A stretch of 64,000 nt of DNA from Owenia fusiformis (GCA_903813345.2 CAIIXF020000001.1:39928001-39992000), one strand, 5' to 3'. Counted from the first letter of the stretch, positions 1 through 13,405 are shown. Notes: a model not told the origin generated them from the letters alone. Program-made: numbers and translations.

Positions 1-293
1 CAGGAGTAAATCGAATAAGTGATATATGATTTTAAAATTACATCTATATCTAATGCTTCACATGACTATTATTTTTCCCCTTTTTCACTGTTAAAGGCTT
101 GTTTTGAGTCACACCCATCTTTTAGATATACAGAGTTAGACTCCATATATCAACTATCTATACCTGTTTCATAGTTCCTTTAGTTTCACTTTGCACACGT
201 TTTTAAATCATAGTTTTATTTATCTTATCAATAGAAGGATTTATACTAGTGTCTATCAGTATCATAGTTACTTTTTGGTATGTTGCAGTGTCC

Positions 294-2120
294 TTATGAA
301 GAACAATTGCCATCACACACACATAATGCTGTACAAACAAGATTTCCTTTCAGGCTCTTGCATCGTGTTGATATGCATTGGTATTTGCAGCTACACTTTA
401 TGAGAGCCTGGCAAGCGTCTGATGCTTGGGGTAAAGTCGTACCTTGGTATCCATTGGGTGTCTTCAAATATCCAGCCCCACTCAGCTGGGGAAGGAACTT
501 GAGGATTCGCTGTAAGTGATTGCCCTTAAATACAGCTTGGTTTATGACTCTCTTCCTATGCTGTAAAAGGGCATCTGATGTTGGACGAATGTGTGATATT
601 ATTGAAGTCCTCTTTGTGAACATCTCCTTCCTCGCAGCATTGATTGATGTTTCATTGCTTGTTTAAAGTTGTAGACCAGAATAATGAACTGCTCTAAAAT
701 AGGCATGGCATCAAGCAGGGTATTGGGTCGTATTGAGATTTCTGTTAATACTGTAGTCAATTCAGGGTAGGTACTCCATTGGTTCCAGGCTGATGTCTTA
801 GACTTTCCATTAAAGCCTGATGTGGTGTCACATCCAGTCATAGCATCGAATATTGGGAAACACATGGCTTTCTGAGGAGTCATTACATGGGCAATTTCGT
901 GGGCTGGAAGGTATCTATAGGACTTTCCCTTGCCAAAGGCGAGCCAGATTTGAATGTTAAGTTGTACTAACTGCCAGAACAACAGTGTCTCAATCAACTG
1001 TTCTAATCGTCATTTTAGTGAAGCCTTATTTCATTGCATAATATATGTGCAGAAAGATTCAGGAATCTGCCTCTTCAAGGGATGATGTTGAAATCTCAGA
1101 AACATGCTGCTTAGGATATGCCTCTACAGAATTCCAAATTGTTGTAATCAGGATTTTATTCTCTGGTACTGGAATGACTGCGACATTTGATGCAAGGAAG
1201 GTAAAGAGATCACTTTTCTCGTCATCCGAGCGTAGAAATTCTGGCCAATTCCCTGGCAATTTGTTTTCTGGATAAACTATTTGACGCTTTCCAGATCCAC
1301 GCTTTTTTTTGTTGAAGATTTGACACTATTTGGTATATATTGATCCCATACAATATCAAGTCTTTGTACTCTATTAAGTTGATCTGCAGCATACTTATCA
1401 AATATGTCATTTGAGTATTGTAGGAAGGTTCTTGCTTCTTGAGTTTTCAGCAGGTCGACTATCACGGCACCATCAAGAAACAGGGCTTCAACATCTGGTG
1501 TATTGATCTCTCTATTTGGAACAAGGTCTTCCACTGGTTTTAAGATATTTGCTTTGAGGCCAGTCTTGATTGTGCCATCTTGTGAAAGGGATGGAGGGAA
1601 TGCCTGGTTCTCATGTCAGAAAAGCTCATCTAAGTTGCTGTCTCTATTCTGGCACGCTATGTATAGTTGTGAAAATATGTATAGTTGTGAAAATAGGGCA
1701 GTGTCATTTTTCAAGCTTGCTAGCTTTGAAATTGAGTTAGATTTGTTTGAAGATCTTGAAATTGTTTCTCTTAATAGGGTCTGGTGATGGCTTTTGATCT
1801 TTCAATAGTTCTCTCCTTTATATATACTTCACATTAACTTTTTCCCTTGTTATTCTCAATTGTGTTCAACGTGTCAACTGCACTGCTTGACATTACATCT
1901 TTAGTATCAAGTGTCCAAAGTTCCTTTGATGTTGCAATAAAGGGGTTTCCTAAATCATTGATAACCTCAGTAAGGGAATTGACATATTTGTTGAAACTGG
2001 TTTGATAACTAACACTGTGCTCATGGTTTGCAAGGACTTCATCATCATTATCCTTCATCTCATCCTCAAACTCAGTTAACATTCTTGCGATCTCTGGACC
2101 ACCGACCATCCACTTCTGTA
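294..2120 (-). mobile_element. Decayed Academ (AcademX-like) DNA transposon coding remnant, frameshifted and with stops
   Basis: Successive minus-strand ORF fragments carry, in order, WMVGGPEIARMLTEFE..LGNPF, HENQAFPPSLS, LDGAVIV, DIVWDQY, EEAD, an XPG/FEN1-like H3TH motif AMTGCDTTSGF, and a C-terminal Cys-rich finger (CSCKYQC..RC..CTALCVCDGNC). An XPG-like domain plus Cys finger is the described AcademX architecture. The ORF is broken into several frames. Confidence 0.75.
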
Positions 2121-4572
2121 ATTAATGCTCTAGTTATTATCTGTTAGACACAGAACTTGTAATACTCCTATTCGCGATAAGAGTTCAGGTGGTAATTTAC
2201 ATAAATATCTCCCATGATGCATCGCTTTGGAAGGGACAAATTTGCATTGGCCCGCCGAACAAGTCGATTACTCTGAACGTTTCTCAGCTTCTGATCTTCC
2301 ATCAGCCCTCAAGCATAGTTATATGTCCAATCTATTCAATAATCTGAAGGATAATCGGTGATTCAAAGTAACATTATTCATATTTTTTCGATCTTCGATG
2401 GCGTCTGAGCAATTTCTGGGATATCAGTGACGTCACTGGGATTGGACGGCATTTTCAACTACAGATTTCTTCGGATTTGGGGATTATAGTTCAAAAAGCT
2501 TTGTCATATATCTTAATTACATGCATACCTATCGTTTGTGCAAATGAAACTCTGCATAAATGTTAAATAGAGTCGCAGTGCGGCATTGAAAATAGCACCC
2601 CTGTGTAATCCAATGGGAAAGAACCCGGATGTAGACGAAGTTGTACCATACATGAGAGCTCTTCAAACGGGAGGTAGCTAAACTGAACTAAATTAAACGT
2701 TATCGCGTTTTGGTATATTAGAGTACCATGTACCAGAATTTGAATAAAAGTGACCCTGTTTCTTCACTCTGCTATCTGGAATCTATCCAAGATTCAAAAT
2801 CAAGAGGCAAAATTGTATTGATTGGTAATCTACCTGAAATCTACCCAGGTAACAAGACCCCCTCCCAATACACATAACACTCCTTCTTAATTCAAAACTT
2901 CCCTTATTAGACCAACAATATCATATTTGAAAACATAACAGTTCATCAAAATAAGCAGAACTACTTCTTGATTATTTTTATTAATCATGTAGGTCAAAAT
3001 CATACTTACAAAAACTGATCTAGATCCTATCATAAACGTTGATGCTCATTGTCACTCAAGCATGACCTTGTCAAAAACAAGAAGTGATTTTGGTAGTTGT
3101 TTAAGAAAGATACACTTTTTGCTAGATTATTCTGTATTTGCATTCAAGTCACTCATCAGATGTCACATAGTTTGTCAAACTTTATTTTCAATTAAAATTA
3201 CATTATTTATTATGTCGAAGTATATGCCACTCTGGAGATAAAAGGAATTAATTAAAGATAAGTGAATATTCATTTTGCTAAAAAATGACTGCAATCTCAC
3301 TCATTATCATGTATATCATGGTAAAAGGTCCCAACATTGAAATTATGATACTATTTAATGATAATCCTAAAAAGTTATGGATTGTCATTAAGCCTACCCC
3401 TATAAATTTTAGGGGTAGGGGTAAAAATTGCGAAAAGTAGAAAAAAAATGGAGGAAATTTTCGGCACAGTTGCTTTTTACACCCAGGAAGGTTGTCTGGT
3501 CATATATGGAAAGTTCCACGATTTGTTCCGTTTTCGGCGCTTTAGCCCTTTTTATGTCACTATTTATCTCGCTAATTATGTAAATAGGGATTTAGCTCAA
3601 ACTTTTTCAGAAAACTGAAAATCCTTGAAATAACTGCAAATCAAAAGTTTTTTCAATAGAAAATTACGCATAGAATTCAAATATGCAATCAAATAGAAGA
3701 ATGGTGGTATTTATTGTTTAAAAATACATATCTCATAAGATCTCATTAAAAAGAGATTTCAAAGCTATTTAGCAAACTCTATTCTTCATAGAAAGAAATA
3801 CTAAAAGAAATAGTACGTTCTGAAACATGAATATCATGCACTACAAATGTGAGTTATATATAAGCAGGATAAGTTGGTAGATAAAGTAATACAGTAGCTA
3901 AGTTAGATGTACGTGGAAGGAAACTGCACCTATGGCTACAAGTGCAAATATGTGGTTTATTTCATTTAAAGTTTCCATTTTTTGCAAGAAATGCAAACTT
4001 GTAAACAAGAAAAAAAAATATAAAAATATAATATGTAGTCTACAATAATATATCTGAAGCTGCAGTGGTTTAAAATGACCACTGTTTTTGTTCTTGATTC
4101 ATTTAACGTTGATGGGCGGGTATACAGACAGATGATGGATGATTCCACTGACTCACTTATTACATGTTTAAGTGAATTACTTATTAATTCCTAACTCTTT
4201 AAGAATTCAGTTTACAGTAATTACTAGAACATTTACCCATGCTACCCCAAACTTTCAAAATATTACATATCCCTGTCATAATGACTTGCTTCTAGTTTAA
4301 CATAAACCAGGTAACAAACTTTAACAATAAACAATCAAGTTGCTCTTAATATTTTGTTTGTGTTAAAAAGGGGCAATGAATTTGAATAAATTCATTGGGA
4401 CGTCATAATGCAAAAATTCATCTAACCAGACCCACCTACAATTACAATACCAACAAATACATACAATGACTAAAATATATACTGATACACATGCCTAGTT
4501 TTACAACATTCATAATAACTAGTCTAGTTGACCTTCACCTCTGATCAGCTATTAAAGTTCAAGGTCACTTAC

Positions 4573-4584
4573 TTGTTCTCAACC
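4573..4584 (-). CDS. Candidate 12-nt alternative microexon of clathrin light chain (GGTTGAGAACAA)
   Basis: The minus strand reads ttttgttttattttgcctttctgcatgcag|GGTTGAGAACAA|gtaagt: a strong acceptor and a consensus donor, phase 2-2 matching the preceding exon, with no stop. Confidence 0.6.
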
Positions 4585-6467
4585 CTGCATGCAGAAAGGC
4601 AAAATAAAACAAAATACAAATAATCCTTGTTGATGAGAAAGTATGTATGCCAGCATAGAGTATACAAAAATATGGGAAGAGATGGTGTGGAGATGTTGAC
4701 ACTTGTGGAAATGGAAGGACAACATTAAGTTAGTGGTCTTAAATGACAATTTTATTGGAGTTTGAATTTTCACGAACACGTGATAAGCAAATCAGGAATG
4801 GTAGAGGTCAACAATAAAGAAATAAACTTTGTTTTCAAACAACACTTTCAACATTTCGTTACCATCTCAAGAATGATTAATAATATTAGGAATGTATGAA
4901 CAGGGTATTTAAGCATTGTTATAATTGGTCTACATACATATTGTAAACTGAATATTTTGTTGAGATACTTTGACTTTGACAATTTTAATCACAATTAAAA
5001 TTTTCATAGATGAGGAGAATGGGCCGAGTAAACCATTTATATTGCCCCACCCTGTGCATGTACATATTGTTCCAAAGCTTAATAGGCCACACAAAAACAG
5101 ACATCAGGAAATATGTAAGCATTAGGTCAAAGATCGTATACTGATACAATAACCTAGATGCTAGTAGGTAGCTACCAATTTTACTGCCAGGTGGCTAATT
5201 AGGGTTAGACAGATATGGTATATTGTTCCCCTAAACTTGAATATTCATCAGTTTAATCAGATCAATTTTCCTATAACCCTTATGTGTCAGATAATCATAC
5301 AAATGAAAATCAACACAAGAAAAGAAATTTCACTTTTTTGTGATTTTATAACATGGGGTATATCTTCCCTACCAATAAGTATCATTTTCAAAGAAAACAA
5401 AATTTCCAAAGTTGATAAATATTTATGTGAACCACATTTTAGATGTATTTTTACATGTAGATTTTAAATATCATTTTGAACATTCAATGATGCAAATCAA
5501 GGTTATTTCTACTTGCATCTAGTCTTTTATTGAGCATTGGAAAGTGACAAGGTTTAGGTTTGTATTCATACCATTTATTGTACAAGAATGAATGGAAGGT
5601 AAAGGTTAAATAGGGTGGCACCTCCCTCTTAAACCAAATTTTAATTCACTATTAAGATTAATGACAAAATATGATAATTTTTATTTTATTGTTTATTTAA
5701 TTTTATATATCAATTTATGTAACCAAGCTGAAATTATGATATGTGTACAATGAAGTACATTTGAAAGTCTTTGAGATTTTAGAGTCCATTGAACATCCTG
5801 CAGAAATGTCTTTATTGACTAAATGTCATCTTTTTAGCGTCATTATTTTTGAAAAAATATTTGTCTTCGGAATGGTTGCTTGTGCCTTAATAACATCATC
5901 TTGAATATCTCTGAAAATGTTATAAAAAGTACTTCAGATTTATGAAAGACCAGTGACCCTACAAATCTATATTTATAAATTCCTTCATTAATCAATTGGA
6001 AAAATTGGGTAAATCAACTTCAATAAAAGCTACATTATTTTATTCTTTAGTTGTGATTAATTTGAATTAACTTGAATGATTTGTGAATGTTCATCATTTC
6101 GGCTTTCAATCTAAACCATTTATTATTGAAAAGAGTGTGTATGTACATGTATATAAATTGGTGATGTTACACCCTCTTTGTATGTTCCAATAAGGAGATG
6201 TATTATGCACGTTTTACAAATTCTGAAAAATAGTTTGACAAGAAAAAAACACAGTTTGAGTTAATGGAGATTTGAAGAGGGAGTTAAAAAACAAGAGGCA
6301 CACACCAGTTGTTAATTGAAAGGCCAAAGCATGAGGAATTCTGTCAGTATGTGATAAGATTTAACTACAATATTAATCTTATGTAAGAATACACAATAAT
6401 CATAAAAAAATTAATTACTGATATCAAAAGCTGAGGGATATTTAAAAAGCTCATAAACTGTACTAAC

Positions 6468-9400
6468 TTGTTTGTTTCTTTCGTTTTTTCAACTTGCTCT
6501 GTATGATGTTTGTACCAATCCTCTAGTTCTTTCTTAGCAACTTGACGAAGCTCGTCAATTTCTTTTTCTTCTGCTACGTCTGAAATATGAAAACAGTAAC
6601 AGTTAGTGTGTTCTATGATAAACATTTAAAGAAGACACCTAGCTTGCACTTTCCTTTTAAATAAACACTTCTGCAATCTGAACACTTGTATAGCTTGCAT
6701 TTTAATCCTTCCATTTACTCTCATGTTAAATTCACCTTGAAACTTGCACTTTTTAAGCATTTTAAAACTTGGGTAAGGAGGCTTTTAGCATTAAACAATC
6801 TAGTTGAAAATACAGTTTTCAATTCATTACAAACTATTAATGAATTCAAACTCAATCTCACAGATTGGGGTAACTTAATGTAATTTTTGTGCTAGCATTG
6901 CATATAAAAAACTGAAAAAATTCAAGGGAAATCCTGGTTTTCAGTGTACAGACAGATACCTTTTTGTTGTAACCTTTCTTTTTGTTCTTCACGCCAGAGG
7001 ATTATTTTTTCAGGCTCCTTTCTTTCAACATCTATTTGAGAAATAGCTGAGTATGCATCAGATGGACCATTTTCTTGTGGTGCCTGAAAATCGAGTAAAA
7101 CATTGTGAATTTCATTCAACAGCAAGTAAAGTACTGAATGATAAATGAGTAAAATCCTAAAATGGTAAACTTATCATATATACAAACCAAATTCAGACAT
7201 AAAATGCATCTTACATCATTTTTTTTACTTGGGCTGAACTACATTAACATGAAAATACATATGATGAATACCAGAAATTTGCATTAATGTTAATTCTGCT
7301 GGGAGAAACAGTTTGCATTCTTTGAACAACACTTTCAAATGAGTGTATTAATAGTTAAAATACATTTGCCGATCAGAATTCTGAATTGTGAATCTCGGGT
7401 AAAATGTAAAATGAATATCATTGTTTTTGGTATTCTTTCAAAATTATTTCTTTTTTAAGAATGCCTATGATTAAACAATTGGGATTGTTTGGAACTTCTG
7501 GTACTGCATACATGTACATCCATGCATTTCTTAGACAATAGACACAATGTACATGTAGTTGGAAGATTAACTAAAATAATGCTTATGTATTATATTCTAA
7601 AGAATCATTGAATAAAAATTTAACAACATATCTATTATTTATAAAATATCTAAACATTGCTTACAACACTACATTTATTGCTTTATTGTTAAAAATCTTA
7701 CTCTATCAAAAAATAAATAATCTAAAATAATAGGATCATAACTGTGCATTTTCCCAAAACAGGGAAAGCTGTGTAAAAATAGAAAGCCATATAGTGCCTC
7801 AAGATGTCAAACTTGATTTCTTGTAATGTGAAAGTGTTAATCAGATAGAATAAGTTCATATGAAGTGACAAAACACTCATGTGACCAAGGGGTCTTACGT
7901 CAGATGAGAAGGCATCATAACCCCCAACATCATTGCCAAGATCTTCAGTTACAACACCAGACTGAGCATCACCCTCCTTGAAGAGAAACAAATTTAGTTA
8001 CACAGCTCTACAAGGATCAGTGTGGGATAAGGGCCAGAGCCAAGATTTGCATGTTATGAGGGCGAGGCACAGTAGCAGTTATTGCTGGTACTTTATGAGA
8101 GCATTTGGCCAAATATGATTTTTCCATTAATATTTATGAAAATCTAGATTTCGAAGGACAAGGGCTCTGGTTGCTAAAGCATATGTTATAATGTGCCACG
8201 ATCAGTCCCTACACCATGGAATGATCCAGGCCCCTAGTAAATTTAGAAATCAAATCTCTCCAATGAAAACACGAACAATAAAAAGAAACAAAGAAAAGAG
8301 GAGTTATCTTTTGTTCACTTGAATTATAAGCTGTACAAAGCTTTTTTATGAATTTTCCTCAATGATTCCATTGTTATTAAGACTATATCATATATCATCT
8401 TAGTATCTGTAGTATCATATAGAATCAACATTTTCTGTATGTTACAGCTGAAGAATGCTGTTTCACTTTTGAAATAGAATATTGTATTATGTTGCGCTGT
8501 AATAGATTAAGTAATATGGTATGATATTCATTGCCATTTTAGATCAGATAATTTTTTTGCTTTATACCAAATATGACACTGTTCTGTGCCATTTACATGC
8601 ATGCAGCTCCTGGTCTCAAAAGTTGGAATATGCTTCATTAAAGTATGGGAGTCCAACAACAGAGAGTTGGTGTAACCTCTACTTTACTCCACAAAAATTA
8701 AGTAAATTAGAAACCTTGTATCCTAGACTATTGATGGACTATAATACAAACCTCATTTTCTAAAAAGATCACAAAAAGATTCCTTGACGAGTAAACATGA
8801 AAATATGAGGTGTAACTGTCTTATAAAGCTTATTAAAAAGTTTGGTAATGATAAGCGTCAAACTTTGGAATGGTATTTAAAAAACAAGGTTTGTATGAAA
8901 GTCTGTGTTAGTTAAAGATTGTGACAAGTAAATTCAAATAAAGCAGGACCTGCACCAAAAGCAAGCTAAGAAGGAGCCAAGGTAAACAAGCAAGCAATGT
9001 AAGGTGGAACGAATAGAATGAATGAGAATATAAGAGAAGAAATTATACTGGCAATAGTACAATTTCACCCCAGACTCATCATATTATATTCTATTGCTAA
9101 CCTTCTATTAAACATATAAGGCTGATGTGAAATAGAATGAGAACAGTTACTGTGTTTCTAAATTTGAAAATTTACAACTTGCAAGACTTGTTTTGGAAAT
9201 TGGAATATTTTTCCTTCCATGTCAGCCATTATATATACACTGTTGCTCATAAATATGGAATATTAGATTTGTCAGATCAGAATTCACGTTTTGGATCGAG
9301 ACAACATTTATTTGAAGTTGTTTAAGCAATTTATTTTCTAGGCAAATCATAAACACGTATTTAATCTACAAATCAACATTTTTTAGGGAAAAAAATATTT

Positions 9401-12400
9401 ACATTTAAGTTTAGAAATTTGCTGTCGTTAAAAATGGGGTAGTTAAAAAAAATCTGCATATTCAAAACACCCCAATCCAAATTTTAATGTAAACCGGATC
9501 AAAGAAACTAAACATCAGGTCATGAAGATGAATGAGTCCGCTATCTCATAACAGCACTAATATACGGTTTGTATTCCAAGTGCTGCAATCAGAGCATCCA
9601 TCCCGCGGGGCCTGCTGTCATGAGATGTCTGACCTGCTTACACGAAATAGGGTCCCACTACTCAATCAGAGGAGTATATAACTCTGCTAAATTTTGAGAT
9701 AGAGGATCTGTGTCACGAATTGCGCTATCAGTCTCATCCCACATGTGCTCTGTAGAAGCCTGATAAGGTGACTTTGGTGCTTATGGTAGCTGCTCCACAT
9801 TGCCTGCCCTGGGGAAATCCTGCATAATGCAGCTATCATGCGCATGAGCTTCATCATGATGCAGTTGAAAGTTATACCCAATGACTCTGTTTGCATGTGG
9901 TACTAGATGTAGGTCCAAAATGTCACTGTATCTCTCACCGCTGACATTACAGTTCAGACTCACCTAGGGGGCGCGACTCTCCTCGGTGAACACCACCTCA
10001 AATATGAACAGAACCACCTCCACAAGCTACTTTTAATAACATTCACTGTATATTTGTATGTTCATGAAGGTAACAGAAGGAAGTAACAGAGAAATGTTGT
10101 ACATTTTTTGCACCATAATAAAATGAAATGCACAAACATTCAAAGTCATGGATGGAAGCACACTTCATAAAAATAAGTACTGTATCAGTAAAATTAAGAA
10201 TATTGGAGAGAAACATTTGTAGTATTATAAAATGTCATCTAATTGTTGCTACAGAAAGTTTTAAATTCAGATTCAGTAAAACTTTTGTTGAAAGAGAATT
10301 AAAGAAAGACATTGGAGAATGGTTTATGCAGCATTCAAAGAGTCTTCATGGGGTACTCCCCAATAGGACATCCTCCGATCACAGGGCTTCAAAATCCAGA
10401 ATACATTCTTTCTTTTTACCTCCTGCGATAAGCAGTTAGCATTTCCCGATTAAGAACTCGCAATCTGATTGGCTGTCGCAACACTGCGACAGAAATCATG
10501 TATAAGTCATTGCGCATAATTAGATCACGTGATTCAGTTTAATCGGGCGCTTCAAAATCGGTTATAGCCGGGGGAAGAAGGAGGTACGGATTCTGGATAC
10601 GTGCCGAGAAGGATGCCAATAGGAATGAGTGGGAAACTTGTAGAGATTTGTTTTGACATCATTTTGACAACTGAACTATATCTCAGTCCTTAGTTTGACA
10701 TGTTTTAACATACATTAATAGACATCCCATTTTCATCCCATTTTTATACAAAATTCATTATTTCAATACAGAGTGTTTCAGAAATACATACGTATACTTT
10801 CAAAGATTTTAAAAATATTTCTGTCAAATCTCATCCCTATTCCCATATTATGTGTGTATAAGTAACCCAAAGTCTTTGAATGATGCATAATTTAGACATG
10901 TAAAAGAACTCTTGACTTAATTCCTTACAGCATTGGCTGCCATTGGATCAAAACCTCCGCCAATATCATCATTTAATAGTCCACCACCAGATGTCGCTTG
11001 TTGTTGATCATCAGCTGGTGGAGTGAAGCCAAACATATCCTAGAAAACAATTCTACTTAAACAACATGCAACATGCTAACTGTATCCTACTACATTGTCA
11101 CAACACTAATAAAACACAACTACAACATTTAACTAGATAAGGTATGCAAGTTTAATCTGATAACTATACAAGCTGGGGATGTATAAGTTACTACTTTGTA
11201 AAAGCTACTACTGGAGCATTTTTAAGATACACTTAGTTTGTAAAATCAATGTTTAATTCTAACATATATTAAGTGAAATAGCTATTTAATAAATGTAGAA
11301 TTGAGCACAGAATTTCTGAATACTATACTTCTAGTAATCTATTAATACTGTCTTATGATAAATATGGATTTTCTGAGTTTGTCACAATTAGATTTATATT
11401 TCATATATAGTTCATATTTTATAGTAAGAGTTATACTGATGTAAGTGATTATAACAACATTGGTATTATTATCTCACCTGTACATTTGCATCTTCAGAAG
11501 CTGCTGGGGCTGCGAATGCATCAAAGTCTCCAGATCCTGTAATTGAAAGTAAATGATTAGCCAACAATTTAACTTCTTGTATCCTCCCATCATGGAGCAG
11601 TTTATAACTCATAGCGGGTTGGTTGGGTACAATCAAGGTAAACTCATGATTAATTCGGATATTATCAATATAATAATTTTATGTTAACTAAAGGTCTTCA
11701 AATGTCAATGGAATCTGTTTGGCAGCCATTTTAAGCACAAAATTTTTAGACCCTGAACTACTCCTCTGACTTCTCACGACTACTCCTCTCTTAAGTGAGA
11801 TCAGAGATATCCTATTAGTATACTTTTCAAAATACTATTTAAGATTATCTTCCTATTTTTATCACAATATACATTTCTAAAAGGTTTCTGGTTTCCTATT
11901 CCTTATTTATATCCAGTTTTATGTATTTTCTTAAGAGTTTTCCCACAAATAATGTGACAAAAATGTGAAATTAGATTCTGGAAAAAACATGACTCTGGAA
12001 AAGCTAACAGACTCTGGAGCAAGACGGCCTAAAGACATTAGACTCAGGAGAATCTCCAGAGTCTAAAAGCCTAGTGAGAACCCTGGTTTTACCAAAGTGA
12101 AACCTTGTAGAAGAAGTGCCCAAGGAACTTACATATTTCAACAGTGAGTATATATTAAGAAACAGTATCACTGAAATGTACATACATTTTGCTTAATCGA
12201 CATTTGTAATTTGTGTGCATGTATTTGTCACGCATTTGCTTGAAAATTTGAAGTCACACCAGTTTTTTTTGTGTGACAGAATATGTCACACAAATACGCA
12301 CTTTACCTGAGTATTGTCGAGCAAAAATATTCCTGTAGAAAAATTTAAAAAAGTGATCACTGATACAGCACAAGAAAGAACGCCGAAAAAACAAGGACGC

Positions 12401-13405
12401 ACTTTCCTTGTAATAATTCGTACCTCCCCCTCTGTGATCAGTGTAAGGCTTATTCCGTGCCAGGACTATAGTCCTGCATCGAGCGCAATCTTTTGCCTGT
12501 ACGATTACAACTTGGGAGAATTATCTACGCCCCTTACACTTAAGATACATACTTCAATAGATTCCTGGGTATATTAGCATTCTTTTCGTGTAGTTGAATC
12601 CCCAATTGTCTGGGTATATCGGCAGAACAGGAACATTTTTCTTTTTCATCAAGAGATATACCATCACTTTCCAAGATGGCGGTTGGATTTAAAAGGGGAT
12701 TCCCCGTTTGACTGACCCGGAAGTGGCAGGGAGTACCATAAATGGAGGAATTTGACGGTTGAAATAAGTTAAATATTACACGCAATATTGAGATCAAAAA
12801 TGAAAATTTCTTTGTTCTGCCGATTAACCCAGACAATTGTGGATTCATCTACACGAAAAGAATGCTAAAATACCAAGGAATCTATTGAAATAGGTATCAT
12901 AAGTGTAAGAAGCGTAGACAATTCTCTCGTGTTGAAATCGTACAGGCAAAAGAATAAGACGTTCGCAGGACTATAGTCCTGGCACGGGATAATGTAAGGC
13001 CACATTCATGTCCGAAGAAGGTAATCTACCCGTTCATCCATTTTGAAAGTTGATGGATGATTTCGAAGGCAGGTAAAAGTAGTCCAGAACTAAGGGATAC
13101 GGTTTCCATCTTATCCGAACAGTCTTATTTCTTATTTCATAAGGTAGGAAGTTAGAACAGACGAATGGAACACGTATTGATTTCCGATACAAATACAGGC
13201 AAAATATTTTGGCGAAATTTGTTACCGGAAGTGACTCTTTCTTTTAAATTTCTGAGAAGATCTGTTCCTTACCGGCTTGTTGCTGCACCGGGGCGGCATC
13301 TGAGCTGTCATCTTCAAGACCAGCTAATTGCTCATTCTGTTCGGCCAGAAAAGCAGCCGCTGGGTCCTCTTCTTGTGGAGGTTGATCATTTAGTAAATCT
13401 GCCAT
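6468..13405 (-). CDS. CLTA: Clathrin light chain, 3'-incomplete in window; exons 13273-13405, 11478-11536, 10929-11039, 7899-7976, 6960-7083, 6468-6579
   Basis: The spliced product begins MADLLNDQPPQEEDPAAAFLAEQNEQLAGLEDD (conserved CLC segment) and later has ENGPSDAYSAISQID..EPEKIILWREEQKERL..AKKELEDWYKHHTEQVEKTKETN. All introns are GT-AG with consistent phases. The canonical last exon (WE..LCDFNPK) was not found. Confidence 0.93.
9558..10030 (-). mobile_element. Decayed Tc1/mariner transposase fragment (C-terminal DDE domain)
   Basis: The minus-strand translation gives GGGSVHI*GG, RYSDIL..HLVP, FQLHHDEAHAH (cf. FQQDNARPH), P*APKSP..EHMWDE (cf. WPxxSPDLNPIEHLWDEL) and ends IAALGIQTVY* (cf. 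IAARGGHTRY). Confidence 0.8.
12450..12992. mobile_element. MITE with ~190-bp imperfect TIRs and 8-bp TSD (TGTAAGGC) in clathrin light chain intron 1
   Basis: Ends are ttattccgtgccaggactatagtcctg and caggactatagtcctggcacgggataa. The direct repeat tgtaaggc lies at 12442-12449 and 12993-13000. Confidence 0.85.

Noticed and set aside
4151..4195. Strong gtgagt donor on the minus strand as another clathrin microexon
   Set aside because: There is no suitable upstream AG giving a stop-free, frame-preserving exon.
6951..6959. U12-type intron (donor gtatct; also gtatca in POLR3K intron 2)
   Set aside because: Neither matches the RTATCCT U12 consensus.
10345..10640. GC-richer patch with CCAAT and E-box motifs as an internal promoter
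   Set aside because: Weak inverted flanks suggest a degraded MITE and there is no associated exon; too ambiguous to call.
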